A stretch of 64,000 bases of DNA from Octopus vulgaris (taxonomy: Eukaryota). The stretch is from contig OX597824.1 in the NCBI GenBank assembly GCA_951406725.2, forward strand, positions 58,900,001 to 58,964,000, in the 5' to 3' direction. Positions 38,396 through 51,142 of this stretch are shown here, piece by piece; the stretch's first letter is position 1; each line of letters starts with the position of its first letter. The position numbers and the translations under genes were made by a program. The notes under the pieces are model-generated. The model ran no database searches, was not told where the DNA came from, and was given only the letters and a program-made list of their open reading frames with translations.

Positions 38396-39170
38396 TGGAG
38401 GCGCTACCGGTTCGAAATAAACTCTACAGGCATGGGTGTACTGTCAGACAGGCTCGTCCGAGGTGCATGTAGAGTGAAGAAACCGCTCTGAATGCACTCG
38501 TTCACTGACCGGGCATTGCTGACTTGTGGGATAATGTCGAACAGCTGCTGTCGCGTGTGGGACGGATCTGTCTGTCGGCCGAGTCCATAGGGCGATTGTC
38601 CCGCCGCCCTCCTTTAATCGGACCGGCAAACCAGTTTTCCTTTACTTGGTGGGTGTGGAGAAATAGGTTATCTGGTGGATGAGGCTGATAGGCATGAGGA
38701 CAATTTTCCTCTTTAGTTGAGGTCTATTGACTTCTTCAAGTTTCACTTGAAAAGGAAATTGAGGATGGACAGGGAGGTGCTGTCCCCGAGTAAATGTATT
38801 AAAAGGTGCGTAACAGTTGCGAAAATGGTAAAAGTGGATGGCACCTCTCTAAGTGTAGACCTTTGAGTCGGAGAAAAGGAATTGGAGGGGGCACTTGCTC
38901 TTGGTGTTCAGGGAGGTCTCAGAACAGTGGGGTTCCTCGATTATCTCAAGATATCATCCTGTATTAGATGAGCTGCATCTCTGCCATCCTCCTCCCACAC
39001 TTTCTTTTCATTTAGTATACTATGTATATTTCGCTTCCTTCTCACAGTATACCTTGTTACCTCCATCTGTGTTTTAATTTATCTTATCATATCATTAAAT
39101 GTAAATCCCCACACTTTGTGTCTGCCTTTGTATTGTCCCCCTCATCCGTCCTGGAGGCAAATATGTGAAA
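38396..39170 (+). mobile_element. Tx1/L1 3' fragment
   Basis: Homologous to 34820-35485 (gcgctaccg..taa.ctctacag, ttcaagtttcactt); (ATC/ATT)n tail. Confidence 0.8.
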
Positions 39171-39193
39171 TCATCATCATCATCATCATCATC

Positions 39194-39238
<45 letters not shown>

Positions 39239-39780
39239 GAGTGAGAGAGCAGTACATGCCATCAAAGTGACACTGGGGTAAAATATACGAAGCCCAATAT
39301 ACCCATCATGACTACCCGTCTGATAAAGGTACACCAGGCACATGCATCACAACCATATGTGCGCGACATGGTGATCTCATATCAAGATAAACAGCACATG
39401 ACCTTGCAGGTGGGGCCCAGTTAGAATTTTCTTCAGGTTGAGTAGCCCATCCCGCTCAAAAGGTCCCTGAATAAGGGTTGTTTAAGGATGTTGAAAGAAC
39501 CACCCATGTTTCCAGAGGTGAATTATTCAAACCCCAAAGAATCCCTCTCAATACATGGCTATGATGCTCCCCCACTACTTCTGCTCGTGATCAGAGATGC
39601 TAAGGGACATGCTCAACTGGTTAAGGTCAAACAACTGACAAGCAAATCTGTGGTATTGAGCAGAATATTTGCTGTAGCCCATCTTTTATACCAAAACAAA
39701 ACAATGTACATGATAACACTTCCAATCAGTTAAGATCAGGAGCCATGAGAGCCTCTGCCTGGTACTGCGTCAGGGCATTT
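39239..39780. mobile_element. ~540-bp non-coding interspersed repeat, full-length, flanked by (ATT)n on both sides
   Basis: Three copies in the window. Confidence 0.88.
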
Positions 39781-39805
39781 TATTATTATTATTATTATTA
39801 TTATA

Positions 39806-39876
<71 letters not shown>

Positions 39877-40214
39877 CATTATTATTATTATTATTAAGCA
39901 GTTTTGCATAAATTTGATGATATTCTGTCATTTTATTAATTTTCCCAGGGCGTGATGTTAATAACCCGCAAACATTTTTCTTCGTGCATTCTGAGAAGTG
40001 AAAGTGAAGCAGATTCAGAATATTCTCTGAGAATATGCACTTTCAATTCTTTTTCAAAAATTGCAGCCGCCTGAAACGAAATGTTCGGCAAGTTCTGTCG
40101 AACTACCGTTATTGTGCCTGACGTCGAATCTGTGCCAATTAAATCATTTGTTTAATTATTCTGCTTACAACCAACATAAATCAAGTTGTGCTTCGTACAT
40201 TCTACCGCGTACAC

Positions 40215-42352
40215 CAAATTGTTTTGGCATCCTTGAATCCTTCATCCTGACTAGATGACCACTCCATCTGAGCCTTTGCTTTAACACAAGAGCTTCTATA
40301 TTTTCGCACCGTGAGCCTTCCAATATTTCAAGATCATTGATGTGGTCCTCCCACTTAATGCCGTAGATCAGTCTGAGACACATCTGATGGAAACGTTCTA
40401 TTTGTTTAAGGTGGTATCGATATGTGACCCACGTCTCGCAGGCATAGAGAAGAGAAGGGAGCACACATGCCTTGTACTCCTTCATCTTCGTCTTTCTGCA
40501 TATGTCTCGCCGACTCCAGTGGCGCCTTTCTAGCCTCCCGAAAGCATCACTTGCTTTCCTAATTCTGTATGGAATTTCATCATCCAAATTTCTATATCTA
40601 TTAACAGTGCTTCCTATGTAGACAAACTGATCGACTACATCAAGTCGTTTGCCATACACATAGATATTTGGCACACTATACTACTTACCAGGGGCAGGTT
40701 GGTACATGACAACAGTTTTCTTGAGACTGACTGTCAATCCTAAGGCAGTGCAAGCATCAGAGAACGCATTCAAAATGTGTTGCATATCAATCTCTGTGTG
40801 TGCTACAAGATCACAATCATCTGCATACAAAAGGTCTCTTATGATAGAGGTAAATACCTTTGTTTTTGCAGCAAAGCGCCTGAAATTAAATATGCTGCCA
40901 GAGGTTCGATAATGGATGTAAACACCATATATGCAGTTTCTGAATGCAATACAGAAAACCATCGCAAAATATATGGCAAATAGAGTCGGTGCCAGAATAT
41001 CCCCCCTGTTTCACTCCATTTTGTATTGAAATGGGCTCCGACATTTTCCCTCTAACATTAACCCTACCCTTCATGTCTTCATGAAAAGACCTAACCAAAG
41101 CAAGGCACTTTTCAGAACACACACGTTCCTGGAGGACTTTCCACAATGCTTTTCTAATAACGGTATCAAAAGCTTTTGTCAGATCGACAAAAACCTGATA
41201 CAAATCCAGACCCTGTTCCACACACTTCTCCTGAAGCTGTCTAGCTGAAAAGATCATATCAGCAGTGTCACGTCCCACACGAAAGCCAGATTGACTTTCT
41301 GGAAGAACACAATCTGTAACGTGTTTCAGCAGACGATCCAGAAGTACCTTGCATAAAACCTTTCCTACGACAGAAAGCATTGATATTCCCCTTTAGTTAC
41401 CACAATCATTCCTGTTGCCCTTTCCCTTATACAAGACCACCATTACTGTATCTCTCCAGTCCTCAGGTACAGATTAACAAAGAGTGAAGTTACTGCAGAA
41501 GTTTCTCACCACCATGCTGTAACAACTCCGCATGTATGCCATCCATACCCGGAGATTTTCCATTATTCATTCTTGAGACAGCCACAGCAACTTCTTCCAA
41601 CTTTGGTGGTTCTGCGAGTGCTACCTTCACGGGTAATCTAGGGATGAGATTGGGGATATCCTCACTAACTACAGACTGCTGATTCAAAAGTTCATCACAG
41701 TGTTCTTGCCACCTTCGCAGAATTCCTTGTGAATCACGAAGAAGTTCTTTACCATCCCTGCTTCGAAGTGGTGTCATCAGAGAAGACGTCGGTCCATAAA
41801 CTTCTCGCAAGTGACCATACAACAGCTTTGTGTTGTTGGAATCCGATGCCGCCTGTATCTTAGCAGCCTTCTTACTCCACCACATATCCCTCATCTGAGA
41901 GAGCCTTTGCCTCACGTGATTTTACATCATTGAGTTCGCTATGCAACACTTCCCTCTCCTGTGTCTTTGCTGACAAATAGCGTAACAAAGTATGTCTTTT
42001 ATCAGCCAATAAATCATCTATATGTTCATCATTTTCTTTAAACCAAGCTTGATGCTTTCTTTGTATCAATCCCAGAACTTTTTTGCTTATAAACTGACTT
42101 TTTAAGGGTTGGCCAATCCTCCCCAATATCTGTAGCATTCATTTCCTCTCATAGAGTTCTCTTCATACTATTACACCTAAGACGATCAACATTCAGTTTT
42201 TTAGGCAGGGTAATCCCTGCAGCCCGGATTTTATGTTTTGTGACTAATTTCACTTTTACACGTACTAGGCGGTGGTCCGTCCAACACTCAGCTCCACGAA
42301 GAACATGAACACACTGCACATCTTGTCTGTCACGCATCCTAACAAGGATGCA
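40215..42352 (-). mobile_element. RTE-clade (BovB-like) LINE, decayed
   Basis: GAECWTDHRLV, GKSPGMDGIHAE, VLPESQSGFR, FVDLTKAFDTV, GVKQG, LLYADDC, LPSLLYACETW, RLRWSGHLVRM. Confidence 0.92.
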
Positions 42353-42895
42353 CGTCTTGACGTTGACTGAGAAGGGTGGAGCAAACCAAATGACATTTCT
42401 GCGGCGCTTCCTTTCCCGGGTTCTGGGGCCAGGCGTGTAGTAGATGCAGTCCTTAAACCCACTCGATGCCAGTGCCTCATTGTAGTAGGGGACAGGGTCG
42501 TCGAAGATAATTTGACTCGAGGATAGATTCGAGATCCTCTTGCTTATACCTTTCACTAGGTTCTTTTAAATCAATAGAGGGGTAGCAGGAGGTTGTGCTA
42601 ATATAAGACAGTCTCTCGTTTGGTTTGTGATAGAAACTGTATGTACCAGAGCCTAGATATAAAGTAACATCTAAGAAATCTACTGTGGTGAGATGAGTCT
42701 CAATGGTGATCTTGAAACCCATTGGGCCTAAGGTGATAACTAGGTCCTTTCTAAGTCTATGTAATGTGTGGCCGTTGGCTTCTGTATAGATGGCTAGAAC
42801 GTCATATCTGTAGAAGCCGAAGAGGACTGAAGGAAACCTTTTCCCTAAGATGTCCAGCGTGTACAGTCCGATAAGATCACATACGTCAAGGATTG
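42353..42895 (-). mobile_element. Naiad-type PLE RT segment (inverted relative to its endonuclease)
   Basis: VCDLIGLY, GFYRYDVL, GFKITIE..VDFLDVT, YHKPN, YNEALASSG, RRNVIWFAPPFSVNVKT. Confidence 0.85.
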
Positions 42896-42974
42896 TGTGG
42901 GAAAGATCTTCCTTAGATTGATAGACAAACATTTCACACACACACACATAGATACAGGCATTTATTTAACACAC

Positions 42975-43878
42975 ACAATCTAAGAGTCTCCTTTAGTTGT
43001 GCACCTAACATCAAAAACATTTTAGCAAGTACCTTCAATACAAGGGAGGAGGCAGGCTGCTTTTGCAGAGTATATAATTACTTTCAGTAGGAAGTCGATG
43101 CTAGGCTAAAGGGGTAATCTATAAGGCTATGGTGATACGTAGATCTGATATCCGCAATATGAATAATGCATCATCAAGCAGCAGTATTATTAGCCGATTA
43201 ACCAGTTCTCACGTCAATACAATTGCCACGCCCAGAGACAAACAACCAGTCCGGAACTAGCATCACAGAGAGGGTCACCAAAGACCCCGGTAACACCGCC
43301 ACAGATAATGAACAAACCATAGATACAGATAGAGCGACCAGGCCCGCAATGTATATTAACCCCAGTAGAAATGCCGCACCTAGAAATAACTCGGAGGATG
43401 TATCCATCGTTCCCAGTTACGCCACCTCAGAAGATGACCAAATAATTATATTCGACACCGATGGCATGACCAGCCCTGCACTATATGTTACCAGGGGTGC
43501 GAATAGGACCACACCCCATGTGTGTAAATATATTGGTTCTGCGAGTACTTCGTTCAAGCGACGTTTTCTTCAGAAACTTCGTTCAAGCGACGATCCTTCA
43601 GAGTCCCAGAAAGATGGTTTGTCACGTCCCTGGTCGGCTATGTATGGCACCTCAAAGATTAAAGAACCCCGTGTAACATCAGGTGGAAATTAATTGATCA
43701 TCTAGACCCGTATATTAATGGGAGTGGTCGTTGCAAGATCTGGATCGCGGAGAGAGCCAAATTTCTTGAGGACTATAAGAGACCTGGTGCATTAAACAGC
43801 CGTAAAGAAGTGTTTTCTAAATGCATCCACTTCAAGCGCTACTTACTAGAAAATTGGATCTCCCCGTTTGTTGGTTAG
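42975..43878 (+). mobile_element. Naiad-type PLE linker and GIY-YIG endonuclease
   Basis: HNLRVSFSCAPN, CFCR, GVIYKAMV, YIGSASTSFKRR, YVWHLK..IRWKLI, CKIWIAER, LNSRKEVFSKCIH. Confidence 0.82.
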
Positions 43879-44212
43879 GCCTCTTCGGGTTTATAAGAGT
43901 CCCACCCTACACGCTTCTGATTCAGGGGAGTTAACCTGTCATCATTAACGTTTTTTTATTTTATTTTTATTTTTGTTAAGACGCATTCCTCAAGCTCTGA
44001 GCGTTTTCTTACGTCTGCAACGTAGATATTTTGAATTTTATATTTATACGAGCTGTCCACAAGGCTTTACTTTGAGGATGCGAAACTTTGGGTAACTCTC
44101 TCTATGATATAAAATTTATATAGATATAAATTCAAGATATAAAATTGTTGTTGTAATAATTACTCCTCTATTTTTTAGTGTGCTTCTTTCTGATATATGT
44201 TTTTTTATTAAC

Positions 44213-44255
<43 letters not shown>

Positions 44256-44289
44256 ATAGTTAATAAATATATAAATATATATAGTTAAT

Positions 44290-44585
44290 AAATGGCCCAG
44301 TGGTTAGGGCAGCGGACTCGCGGTTGTAGGATCGCGGTTTCGATTCCCAGACCGGGCGTTGTGAGTGTTAATTAAGCGAAAGCACCTAAAGCTCGACGAG
44401 GCTTTGACAGGGGGTGGTGGCGATCCCTGCTGTACTCTTTCGCCACAACTTTCTCTCACTCTCTCTCTTCTGTTGGCCTGCTCCGTTAGCCAGCGGGGTG
44501 GTGTTATTTGAAGGCTAAAACAATGCGAAGAGCATTGTGACCAGCGATGTGTAGCAACATCTGATAGCTTGGTCGGTCACGGTGA
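44290..44585 (+). mobile_element. tRNA-derived SINE
   Basis: ggcccagtggttagggcagcggactcgcg..ggtttcgattccc (A/B boxes); paralog of 24765. Confidence 0.88.
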
Positions 44586-45394
44586 TATATATATATATAT
44601 GTATATTCTTCGTAATTCTGTATGTGTATCTAGCTATCACTCTATGAATCAAATGAATCAATATATCTATCCTTCTGCTTCTCTGAGTTACATACGTTTG
44701 CGTATAGTGTATGTATGCGTATTACATACGTGTACGTGGACACGAGTGTTTATACGCGTGCATGTGTGTATGGGTTTTTTGTCAGACAACGAAAATTAAA
44801 TGTTCCTGGTTTTTTGCTCGTAGTTTAATATCGTATAGCACTGCCACTCTACCGCCTCCGCCATCAACTACGTCACCTCTACTGCTTCCACAACTAAGTG
44901 CGAGGGTTAAACCACGTGATATCAAGTTTTCCTGAAAGCCTGTCCCCAGATTCGGGTCCAGTTACAGAAAGAAAGTTTGTTTGAAGCAAACGTTGTGTGT
45001 TAAGAGTTTTGCAGCAATGCCGTTTATTTTGACAGTTGTTTGTTTGGGGAAGCGTGAGGGAGGCGGGAATGATGGCACAGCGGTAATGGCTGTAAATGTG
45101 TGTTTATGTGTGTGAGTGTATGTGTATGTGTGTGTGGGTGCGTGCGTGCGTGTTTGTGTATATGTGTGCGCGTGTAGAGGTGTCGTGTAACAAAGAATTA
45201 AGGGTGGCACTTGTAGTCGAGTATCGGGTTTCAATTTTCTGCTAATGCTTGTCGCGAGATATGTCTTTGGGAAAAATGAGATTTAACCGCAACTGTTCAC
45301 CGAGTCTAACGTTCAGTTAGCAGCGGCGGCAGTGGCAGTGGAAGTGGCAATGGCGGTGGAAGCGGCATTGGCGGGGTTTGTAAAGAGATAGGGG

Positions 45395-45951
45395 TCTAGG
45401 TGGGCGAGGAGAGGCAGTTAGGTAGCATTGACCCATCGTTTAAACCCTTAACGAGACTGGGGCTATACATGGTTGCTCTACCTGCTAGAAATAGCGATGA
45501 GATCATGCATAAACAACCCACCACCACAATAAAGAATGAGTAACACATTTCCTGTTACATTTGTAGTTCTTGCTACCTCCAAACATATGAGAGATTCATG
45601 GGCGTAATGTTTTTGATCAGAGGATTGCTTATTCAAGGTTTGTTGGCGCTAAACAGCTAAAACTACATCAAAAAACATACACGAAGGGCGGATGGCAGAA
45701 TCTGCTGAACATCAGATAGCATATATGTGGCATTCAGTTGCATCCCTTTAGATCTTCAATTCAAATTCTGCTCAGGACCATTTTGCCAAACTACCTTGCT
45801 AAACTGGTAGATATATTCTGGGGCGGTTGTTCTAGGTGGGCGAGGAGAGGCAGTTAGGTAGCATTGACCCATCGTTTAAACCCTTAACGAGACTGGGGCT
45901 ATACATGGTCGCTCTACCTGCTAGAAATAGCGATGAGATCATGCATAAACA
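45395..45951. repeat. 121-bp near-identical direct repeats (45395-45515 / 45831-45951)
   Basis: One mismatch seen (ggttgct vs ggtcgct). Confidence 0.9.
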
Positions 45952-47038
45952 TGAATAGTGATTCCAAACCATTTATTACCTATGAACCTCTTTGGTTTCT
46001 ACTTTATGCAGATGGACTCACATAACCACTCGATGTTTTAAAAATATTCTATTGTATCTTTATAATTAAATACTACTGGGAAATGTTTTTAAAAATTGTT
46101 AAAAGAGTTGTATGGATCCAGGTTAAGAGCCACTACTGGCGAATATGAATTCCTCAGAATAAAAAGAGTACAATGGCTAAAAGGAGTAAAAATATACAAA
46201 ACTATCTAAATATTGCTAGGTAGAGGATAATGAGAGGTAGGGAGTTATGGGAATTAAAAGGTAACAATTACTTAAGGAAAAGTGGTTGGCAATTAAGTCG
46301 TGTAGAGGTAAATTATCCGACAGATGTATATCAATGGGTTGTTGAAATTAAATTACTGAATCCTGAACCAATCCAGTTTATATGCTAGTCATAGAGAGAT
46401 ATAGTAGAGTATGACGCTCCAGGTGTTGCTGCTGCTGCTGCTGCTGTTGTTGTTATTGATGTTATTGATGTTGTTGGTGTTGTTGGTGTTGTTGATGTTA
46501 GTGTTGTTGTTGTTGGTGTAGTTGATGTTGTTGGTGTTGTTGGTTTTGTTGTTGATGTCGTTGTTTTTGTTGTTGTTGTTGTTTAGCTTTAAATCAGTCT
46601 TGACTGAGCGGAGCTATGAGCACATGCATTGTATCCATGACCGTCTAATATTTTTTTTTTGCTCTCTTTTTCAGGAATACTGTTTCTCAGTCAACATTAT
46701 TAAATTGAACATTTTTGTGACTGTAAGCGTTGGTTTTAGGGTGGTTTGATAGCTGTTTCAAACCAGTATTGTGACCACATAGAATCTCATTCACACAGCG
46801 ATATCATCATAAAATTATACCACTAGACTACAGTACTGAATATCAATCATCATGTAGTTCTGGAGAAGCCATTGTAGTATTTATTTTTAAGGATAATTCT
46901 ACATTTGCCTGTTAAGGTGATTAACTTTATTTTCACTAGATTCGATCTCGAACTCAATCGATAAGATATTGCATTGCAAGTCAAGGCGAGTGTGTAAATG
47001 TCAAGGTTGCTGATTTAATCTGTCTATCTGTTTGTTTG

Positions 47039-47118
<80 letters not shown>

Positions 47119-47144
47119 GGTTAGTCAAGTGTGGGGTCGTGAAG

Positions 47145-47338
47145 GCCATTCAAGAGAAACAATGCAGTTGCTACGGCAATGCTTTGGCGAGAGAATAATC
47201 TCCCGCTACGGTTTTCACATTCCCCAGTCTTGACAAGCCCGGAGTTTTTCTTGTGGGGATACCTGAAAGAGAGGGTTTACGTCAACGAACCGAAGACGCT
47301 GGTACAACTGAAGATGAACATCGATAGAGAAGTCGTAA
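47145..47338 (+). mobile_element. Tc1/mariner transposase C-terminal fragment
   Basis: HSRETMQLLRQCFGERIISR, SPVLTSPEFFLWGYLKERVY. Confidence 0.8.
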
Positions 47339-47340
47339 GT

Positions 47341-47615
47341 ATATTCTGTTGTGTCTGGGGACAGTCATTCTCTTTTGGTGCCTTATAATTTCACACACTC
47401 ACCGGAAAAATTTCCACTTATTTTTTATTTTTATTTTTCTAAAATTTTCGTTGCGTCTTGCAACATTTTCAAGAGTCAAAATTATTGAAAAGATTGCAAG
47501 ACGCAACGAAAATTTTAGAAAATTATAAAAGAAATAAGTGGAAATTTTACCGGTGGGTGTGTTAAATTAAAAGGCAGCAAAAGAGAATGACTCCGCCCAG
47601 ATACAACAGAATATA
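47341..47615. repeat. Fold-back element, ~130-bp arms
   Basis: atattctgttgtgtctggg..gttgcgtcttgcaa / ttgcaagacgcaac..cccagatacaacagaatat. Confidence 0.88.
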
Positions 47616-47618
47616 TAC

Positions 47619-47733
<115 letters not shown>

Positions 47734-47841
47734 TCTTTGTGTTGATATGATGGTGTATATATCTGAATGGATATATACATGTATATGAGTATGTATGTGT
47801 GTGTATATATATATGGGTATACATATATATATATATATATA

Positions 47842-48067
47842 CTTTATTTAAAGCAGCAGAAAATTCAACAAAACCTGTTACTCTGAGTTTTCCGTTGCCG
47901 TTCATCGGACAGTTTTTTCTACAAAAACTGTCCGATGAACGGCAACGGGAAACTCAGAGTAACAGGTTTTGTTGAATTTTCTGGTGCTCTAAATAAAGCA
48001 TATTACTCTACCACTGGTATTTGAGTACTCTTTTTTCCACCTTGTTTCACATTTATGTGTTTACTCC

Positions 48068-48069
<2 letters not shown>
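47842..48069. mobile_element. Fold-back PLE-derived element in (TA)n with a hammerhead-like motif in both arms
   Basis: Arms 47842-47918 / 47923-47998 plus right tail; ctgt CCGATGA a cg gcaa cg g GAAAC tcaga GTA acag at 47928-47965. Confidence 0.8.
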
Positions 48070-48119
<50 letters not shown>

Positions 48120-48154
48120 CCATACAAAATACCATACAAAGGTAATAATTTTTT

Positions 48155-48737
48155 TACAACTAAAAATAAGGGTGTCTGAGAGACACCACCATGCCTAAAT
48201 AGCAGTCAAAACCCTGACTCTAAGAACCACGTTAAATGTTCATATCGCACCATGAGATAAGATTTTTCCCATGCTGGCCACTTGATAATATCGATATTTA
48301 AATATCGATATTTAAATATTGATATTATCCTTATTTATAAATTTATAAAATTCGTCACTATATTCACTGCGGTGTTTATTTTGATCATATCGTGCTTATG
48401 GGGTGTTTTTGGCGGGCAATTTAACTGGCCTTTTACATACGTGCATATATATGTATGTATGGACGTTCGTATATGTAATTATACCGTTTGTTCTGCATAT
48501 ATTTATTTGTATTTATGTGCCTATCTGATATATTCAACTGACGAGGCAAAGCTTATTTAAAGCAAAGCTAGAAATCCAGGATCTTGAATTATTCAGTAAT
48601 ATTTTTTGCTAGTCTATTTTGTCCCTCTGTCTTAACTCATGGTGCGATATGAACATTTAACGTGGTTCTTAGAGTCAGGGTTTTGACTGCTATTTAGGCA
48701 TGGTGGTGTCTCTCAGACAGCCTTATTTTTAGTTGTA
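48155..48737. mobile_element. Element with ~108-bp terminal inverted repeats and an internal hammerhead
   Basis: Arms 48155-48262 / 48630-48737, flanked by (TA)n. Confidence 0.85.
48532..48589 (+). ncRNA. Type-I hammerhead ribozyme (AUC cleavage triplet)
   Basis: attcaa CTGACGA ggc..gct a GAAAT ccagg ATC ttgaat. Confidence 0.72.
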
Positions 48738-48761
48738 TATATATAAATATATATATATATG

Positions 48762-48804
<43 letters not shown>

Positions 48805-48851
48805 CACACACATGTATCACCATATACACCCATTATCACACACACATGTAG

Positions 48852-48884
<33 letters not shown>

Positions 48885-48898
48885 TATACACACACATG

Positions 48899-48942
<44 letters not shown>

Positions 48943-48988
48943 TGTATATGTGTGTGTCTCTCTCTCTATATATATATACACATGTATA

Positions 48989-49043
<55 letters not shown>

Positions 49044-49986
49044 ACATATATATGTATATATGTAGGTGTGACGGTTGGATCGAAACTAAAACAATAAATA
49101 TATTGTTATTATTTTGGTTTTGATGTATTTAAAATTAATTATCTATGCCCGTATAGTGTTGGTTTCGTTTTTCGTGATGTTTTATAGGTATCGATGAATA
49201 AAGAAATATATATGTGAGTAAAGAAATAATGGGATATATATGTATATATAGTGTATATATCTTATTTAATTTGTTGTTTTTGGCTCGTAGTTAGGATGTG
49301 GGACATTTCGTTTCTATTGTATTACTTTGGTTTTGTTGTATGTATATATTTACAGGGTTTTTTCGTTGACCGTATCGAATTGATTTTGTTTTTCGTTTTC
49401 TTCATATAAACCGAAAAATAGTTACCTCCCCTGAATTCTAATAGTAAAATTTAAAATAGTTCTAAATATTGTTTAGTTCTCCTCAGTACTCATCATTTAC
49501 TCCTTCCAATATCATTTCCGCAACCACTCCATTCAACTTTCTCTCCAACAACTTTATCAACGCGCTACCTCATCAAAAGTTTTCACTACCCTCCACCGTA
49601 GCTATCACTATCACCTTATTCAACCTCATGTTCTTTCATAAATCAATCATTAGAATTCTGTAATATCTTAGTCACGTGTTTGTCTCATTTTGCTGTCAGT
49701 TCAACTTCATTATTCATTTACCGTCCACTCATTACTATTACTAGTGACATGGAAATTAATCAATCTTTTTCATCTTACACACAATCATCTTATGACACAT
49801 CAAATATCTATATAATAGTTAAGTGCTTTACAGAGCCTCATGTTCCAGAAATTTTTTTATTGTCTAAGTGTTTCTTAGTTCGATCCCACACTTCAACACT
49901 CTAGGGAAGTGCCTTCTTCCAGTCGACAGCGATTTTGAGACTGGAATCAGCGAAAAAGCCAGTTTTACACTCGCACCCACACCCAG

Positions 49987-50049
<63 letters not shown>

Positions 50050-50200
50050 TATGCGCGTATATATTTAATTTAGATATGCATATGTATATAATATATATAT
50101 ACATATACGCATACATATTACACATACATACACATATATGCACATATACATACATACATACATACATACATACATACATACATACATACATACATACATA

Positions 50201-50810
50201 AGCAGTTGTCCGAAAATGTCATCGTGGTATTATCTACCGATGAGATATGGTGTTGTAGCTAGGAGACTATAATGAAATCCATCGGAAGGATAATCCCGAG
50301 AACAAAAAAAAAACAACACAATATGGTAGAAGCTATAGCCACTCATAAGGAATACTGGTGGAATGTACCAGTGAAGACCTCGATAAACTGTAAGCATAAC
50401 AGACCTGACATAATGATTTAGGATAAGGCGGAACTGTGCACAATTGTGGAAATTAGTTGCCCAGCGGATATTAACATGAAGCTGAAGATCAGCGAAAAAG
50501 AGAACACCTATGCTGAACTATTGAGAAATCTGCAGTTACTCTATCCTGATTACAAGTTCATGTTTATACCTGTAATTATTGGGGCCCTGGTATATGTAAC
50601 CCACTGTCTAAATACCAGTCTTGAGAACTTAGGCTTCTCAAAACCAGAAAGGAGAAAGCTAATTCGAAGACTACAGATCCAGTCTATCATTGGTACTATA
50701 ATAATCTGTAAAACTTTCCAGAAGTTTATCGTTTAAATATATATGAGCATGTCTAGATATGTAACTATTTGCATGAGAATATATACATAAAACATACAAA
50801 TCTGCAGATA
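50201..50810 (+). mobile_element. 3' fragment of a (CATA)n-tailed RLE LINE, inside (TACA)n
   Basis: EYWWNVPVKT..KHNRPDI, VEISCPAD, IPVIIGAL; (CATA)n on both sides. Confidence 0.85.
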
Positions 50811-51142
50811 CATACATACACACACACATACATACATACATACATACATACATACATACATACATACATACATACATACATACATACATACATACATACA
50901 TACATACATACATACATACATACATACATACATACATAGTTAATGTTTGCTTATGTGTAATGTTAAAAATAGAAATCGTGTGTTGAAGCTGATGTTTCTT
51001 TTTAAGATGAGGGTATCTTTTTGCCAAGAAAACCATTGGCGATATGTGCATGTTTGTATGAGTGCATGCAGATACATATACATGCGTGTGTATATGTGTA
51101 TTCATGTATGCATACATATATTTGTGCATATGTACGTATCAG

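Noticed and set aside
43975-44100. Hammerhead downstream of the 43-kb Naiad (tgcGAAACtttggGTA)
   Set aside because: No CUGANGA core placed with a pairing stem I
44290-44360. tRNA gene
   Set aside because: tRNA-like head runs into a SINE body shared with 24765
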